From Sulfurimonadaceae bacterium (GTDB lineage Bacteria > Campylobacterota > Campylobacteria > Campylobacterales > Sulfurimonadaceae), in contig JBFFUI010000042.1 of assembly GCA_041571435.1 (NCBI GenBank), forward strand, positions 1 through 16,986: a stretch of 16,986 bases of DNA, written 5' to 3'. Position 1 is the first letter of the stretch. Every line of letters begins with the position of its first letter. Below, piece after piece: positions 16,247 through 16,986 of the stretch. The notes beneath the pieces were generated by a model that was not told where the DNA came from, made no database searches, and worked only from the letters and a program-made list of their open reading frames with translations. The position numbers and the translations under genes are program-made.

Positions 16247-16986
16247 ATGATCAAAAAACCATTACTTGTCTCACTTGCAGCCGCAGCACTTCTAACTGGA
16301 AATGCACAAGCAGCTTCAATGTTTGACCGTATGACTGAGATGGAAACAGAAATGAAAGCGCTTCAAGCAGAACTTGCTGAAGTCAAAGCAGCCAAGGCGT
16401 CTGCCCCTGCTGTAGAGGCAGACACAGAAGAAGCTGATGACGAAGACACTGCCGACGGTGAAGCGGAAGCAGCAGACGACGAAGAAGCGGATGATGAAGA
16501 GGAAGGCGAGAGTGTACAAGATACTCTCGACGAGATCGACGAACAGTTGACACAACTTAACATTCGTACAAGCGGTAACCACCTTAAGTTCGGTGTCGAT
16601 TTCCGTACCGCTGTTGACAACCTGCAGTACAAAATGGCAGACGGCCATGATGAAGGCAACCCCGGTCTCATCACCAACCGTCTATGGATCAACATGGACT
16701 GGGCAGCCACTGAGAACCTTAGCTTCACAGGACAACTTGCCTACTACAAAGCGTACGGAAATCGCAGCGGATACTCCGGTATGGGTGGCTTTGAGACCTT
16801 TGACTGGATCACCAACGACAACCCGTATGACGATATTGTCCGTGTCCGCTCAGCCTACTTCTTCTATCGAAATGACACATTCCTTGGAACAGATATCCCG
16901 TGGACTTTCAGTGTCGGTCGTCGACCGTCAACAAACGGTCACCTGATCAACATGCGTGACGACAACCAGGCGGCTTCGCCGATGGC
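16247..16986 (+). CDS. DUF3373-like outer-membrane protein, 3'-truncated by the window edge (absent from the ORF track)
   Basis: SD GGAG precedes the ATG at 16247 and the frame is open to the window end. It encodes a signal peptide (MIKKPLLVSLAAAALLTGNAQA), a coiled coil, an acidic linker, then LKFGVDFRTAVD, TNRLWINMDW, GQLAYYKAYG, VRSAYF and WTFSVGRRPST. Confidence 0.85.
   Translation, partial: MIKKPLLVSLAAAALLTGNAQAASMFDRMTEMETEMKALQAELAEVKAAKASAPAVEADTEEADDEDTADGEAEAADDEEADDEEEGESVQDTLDEIDEQLTQLNIRTSGNHLKFGVDFRTAVDNLQYKMADGHDEGNPGLITNRLWINMDWAATENLSFTGQLAYYKAYGNRSGYSGMGGFETFDWITNDNPYDDIVRVRSAYFFYRNDTFLGTDIPWTFSVGRRPSTNGHLINMRDDNQAASPM

Noticed and set aside
16138..16946. Short tracked ORFs 16138..16326, 16316..16648, 16363..16728 and 16593..16946
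   Set aside because: All overlap the better supported DUF3373-like frame starting at 16247, which has an SD, a signal peptide and an open frame to the window end.
1..16986. Mobile elements, CRISPR arrays, tRNA/rRNA, prophage or defence genes
   Set aside because: No transposase or integrase ORFs, spaced repeats, cloverleaf motifs or obvious compositional island were seen. The PLD-fold gene has a signal peptide and no helicase or methylase neighbours, which argues against a defence role.

Overview
Core-genome window from a Campylobacterota (epsilonproteobacterial) bacterium, probably a free-living Sulfurimonas/Sulfurovum-like lineage. The taxon is inferred from protein style, TGnTATAAT promoters and gene order. 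From left to right it holds the 3' part of a yeast/actinobacterial-type leuA (+), which converges on a long minus-strand run. In transcription order that run is alaS, a CopD-like membrane protein, maf, SPFH, NfeD, bioF, an orphan peptide/nickel-type ABC ATPase, class A PBP1A and a small beta-barrel OMP. Further right are gmk and a ChePep-like acidic receiver-domain protein (-), a divergent exported NucT/PLD-like protein whose catalytic motif is degenerate (+), a LolD-like ABC ATPase (-, probably leaderless), and tsf and rpsB with an S2-type leader (-). The window ends with the 5' part of a DUF3373-like outer-membrane protein (+) that the ORF track missed. I found no mobile element, CRISPR array, tRNA or rRNA. 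The most interesting observation is the ChePep-like/pseudo-nuclease pair sharing interlocked bidirectional extended -10 promoters and a possibly structured leader. Others are a GNRA hairpin encoded inside an antisense CDS, a palindromic operator candidate over the SPFH promoter, and the envelope-related insertions in the alaS-maf-pbpA cluster. All family assignments come from motif recognition by eye, with no database searches.
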